A stretch of DNA of 64,000 nt from the human T2T-CHM13v2.0 reference genome, Homo sapiens: the NCBI RefSeq assembly GCF_009914755.1, contig NC_060948.1; one strand, 5' to 3'. Position numbers and translations under genes: made by a program. The notes under the pieces were generated by a model. It was not told the origin of the DNA and ran no database searches. It saw only the letters and a program-made list of their open reading frames with translations. Shown here one piece after another: positions 61,580 through 64,000 of this stretch (positions are counted from its first letter, which is position 1; every line of letters starts with the position of its first letter).

Positions 61580-63290
61580 TTGTCTTTATTAATTTTTTGA
61601 TTAATAACTGCCATTGCTATCATGGCTGGTGTCTGGCCTCTCACCCAAGGGGCTGTCTGCATCTGTTGACTAAAAACAAATAGCATAAGCAGACACAAAC
61701 CAAAATAAAATTTGCAATTGTTGATCCACCTATGGTTTTAATCTACTTTAAAGGAATGGTATTAGAAAAGCCATCAGTGGCTCCAGCAAGAATATCAGCT
61801 CCAGGCAACAGGATAAGATGAGCCTGAGATGACTCAAAAACTTGTTTTTTCAGTTTGGCAATATCTAGTGTTAAACTATGTTCTTTTCCTTGTGGGTGAT
61901 GTCTAATCATCTCTCAATGATGTTCAGTGACATTATAGGGCTAGGAGAAACACAAAAATCCAAAGTATTCCAATCACATTGCATTTGACTTCTACACTCC
62001 AAGCCAGTAGTCCAATCCCCCATCCAAATTACTGTCTGACAGAGATCATTAATTTGATTTGCCAATTTTTGATCTACTTGGCTTTGGGAATTCCAAAGCT
62101 TAGAAGAATTTTTCTGCCAACTATCCACAAAGCCCGCAGTTTGAATAGAAGAGTGCAAAGCAGCAACAGTGCAGAAGCAGTAGCTGTGACAGCTATAAGG
62201 CCCATGACCACAGCTATTAAAGTAAATATGAATCTCTTTGATCTATTAAATATTCCTTTTAGTACTTCAGTGATAATATGTATGGAGGGAGAGTCCTCCC
62301 AAGGTCTATTGAGGGAAACAAGTATCTGAATTCCTTCTCAGGCCCTAACCAGTAAAAATGCTATTATCTTTATTAAAGGTAGAATTAATGCAGGTAAAAA
62401 GGTGACAGTTAAGGCAGGGTATGGTTTCGGAGTCAGGTAGGAAATTAATTTTCCCGGCTGCCAACATAAAAGGAGGTTTAACAAAACTCTGCAATGGGAC
62501 CGTCTGATTAGAGGTCATGGCTACAGCAAATGAAAGTTTTTTACTATGAGTCTCTGTTTTATATTCTCCTATCCAAATCCAAACTGGGGTTTGAGCCATC
62601 ATTAATTTCCACAGTTCTGGATGTTCTGGTCTCATAACTGGATCGATCATTTTTGGGCTTGGAGGAGCCATACCATTCTCCTCCCACTTAATAGGGTAAT
62701 TTGTTTCAATTCTTCTACATAATTTTGGTGCATTATCTGGGTAGTCATTTGCAGGAGTCCCTCTACAATCTTTGCGCTGGCCAGTAAAATTTACTGCAAA
62801 GTGTCCCCTAGGGACCCAATCAATGGCGATGTTATAGGAATTATTTTACAGTAGCGCAGCACTGTTTGCAATACAATCTTCCCAAGTTAGCACCTCTAAC
62901 TTTTCAGGCCATTTAGTGGCCTGCCTAGGGCAGGGATTCATATTAGGTTTAAATTCAGTAATCTGGCAACGTGTCATAACATAGCCGTGCTCAAGTATTT
63001 AATAGTGTCCAAAGATTAAAATGTTGCTTCATTGATTGCATGAATAGAGGCTTTTGATGCATTTTGTGTAGGGACATTTATGTCCCACTTTATCATAATT
63101 TAAACATCCTGCTGCCAGCCCCAGGCAGATGGGAGGAAAGCGATAATCAATGGAAACATTCACCAACATTCCCGCCTGCTCTAGATGAGTAGGACCTTGC
63201 TTATCTGTTGGTCCATCCACCAGGAGGGTCTAACCACGCAACAGGCCTAATCAGTAGTGGGAATGGAATGTAGACCCAGTAAGTGTAATT
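61580..63290 (-). pseudogene. env: HERV-K (HML) env, disrupted
   Basis: NYTYWVYIPFPLLIRPVAW, PEHPELWKL, CLNCHLFTCINS and [20 protein letters not shown]...QCDWNT are beta-type Env motifs. Confidence 0.9.
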
Positions 63291-64000
63291 TTGATCTGCC
63301 TCTCCCTTACTAAGTCTAATTGCTGCCTGACATTCTGTATTAGCATTTTCATAAGCAAGCAGCTGAATAATCACTTTCCTGGCATGAGAATCTGAAACAG
63401 TCTTTTGAGCCGCGTCTTGGAAACAGGCGATAAAATCTGGATAAGTCTCCCTTGGACACTGTTGAAATGAGTTAAAAGAAGGATAAGTAGTACCAGGGTC
63501 ATGAATGTTTTCCCAGGTTCTTAGGCATAGAGTTCTGAACTGACCAACAGCCTCATCACCCATTACCATGGGTTCATTTACAGTACCCCATGCCTGTCCG
63601 ATTCCAAGCAATTGATCAGATGTGATATCAATGGCAGGTTGAGCTTGAGCATTTCTGTGTGCCGTATTTGTTGCTTCATCCATCCACCAGGGTTTAAATT
63701 GGAGAGATTCCATAGGTTAAATGCCAGTTATAAGCCACAGATTGTAACAAGGAATGAACATAAGGAAAATTTGGCCCCTATTTTCCAATTGCTTGCTTTA
63801 AGTCTTCTAATATTTTAAAAGTAAATGGCTCCCAGAGTGCCTCAGGATGTTCTCCAGGCTCCTCAGCAGGAAAAATAATTACTGGATACGGCCAAGCATC
63901 CAAATCCCCCATTTCTCGTGCCTGGCGAGTAGATGCCTTGATTGTCTCTGTGCCATAATTTGTATTTGGGCTGGATGAAAGCATTCCTTTACCACAATTA
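63291..64000 (-). pseudogene. gag: HERV-K (HML) gag CA region, continuing beyond the window
   Basis: LQFKPWW, ITSDQLLGIG, the MHR-like QCPRETYPDFIACFQDAAQK, and YENANTECQ. Confidence 0.9.

Overview
This is primate (hominoid-type) eukaryotic DNA, not a microbial locus, and I see no intact protein-coding gene. The window is a decayed, unprocessed, exon-intron copy of the convergent X-linked OFD1/GPM6B neighbourhood. The GPM6B last exon and 3'UTR lie on + (16.9-18.85 kb), and recognisable OFD1 exons 23 to 6 lie on - (20.6-52.8 kb; exon numbers are recalled from the 23-exon gene). Exons 21, 12 and 7 are missing from this main copy. A second, diverged copy of the OFD1 3' region occupies 1-5012, and extra exon-8 copies lie at 59.1-60.7 kb. 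This arrangement fits the multicopy OFD1/GPM6B pseudogenes of the Y chromosome (inference). About half the window is retroviral: two HERV-R/ERV3-family proviruses (5013-13725, 5'-truncated; 27933-36670, env-deleted, with CTGG TSD and a nested MER11 solo LTR), an LTR9-like/MER4-group element with a perfect tRNA-Gly PBS, and a HERV-K14C-like provirus with a gag-env fusion. Alu, MIR, L1, L2, MaLR and hAT remnants fill the rest. The most interesting signals are evolutionary: fossil G-to-A (APOBEC3-like) hypermutation, an env stop at the same place as in ERV3-1, complementary microhomology-flanked exon losses between duplicated copies, and an 83-bp templated inverted insertion. I found no convincing new biological system.
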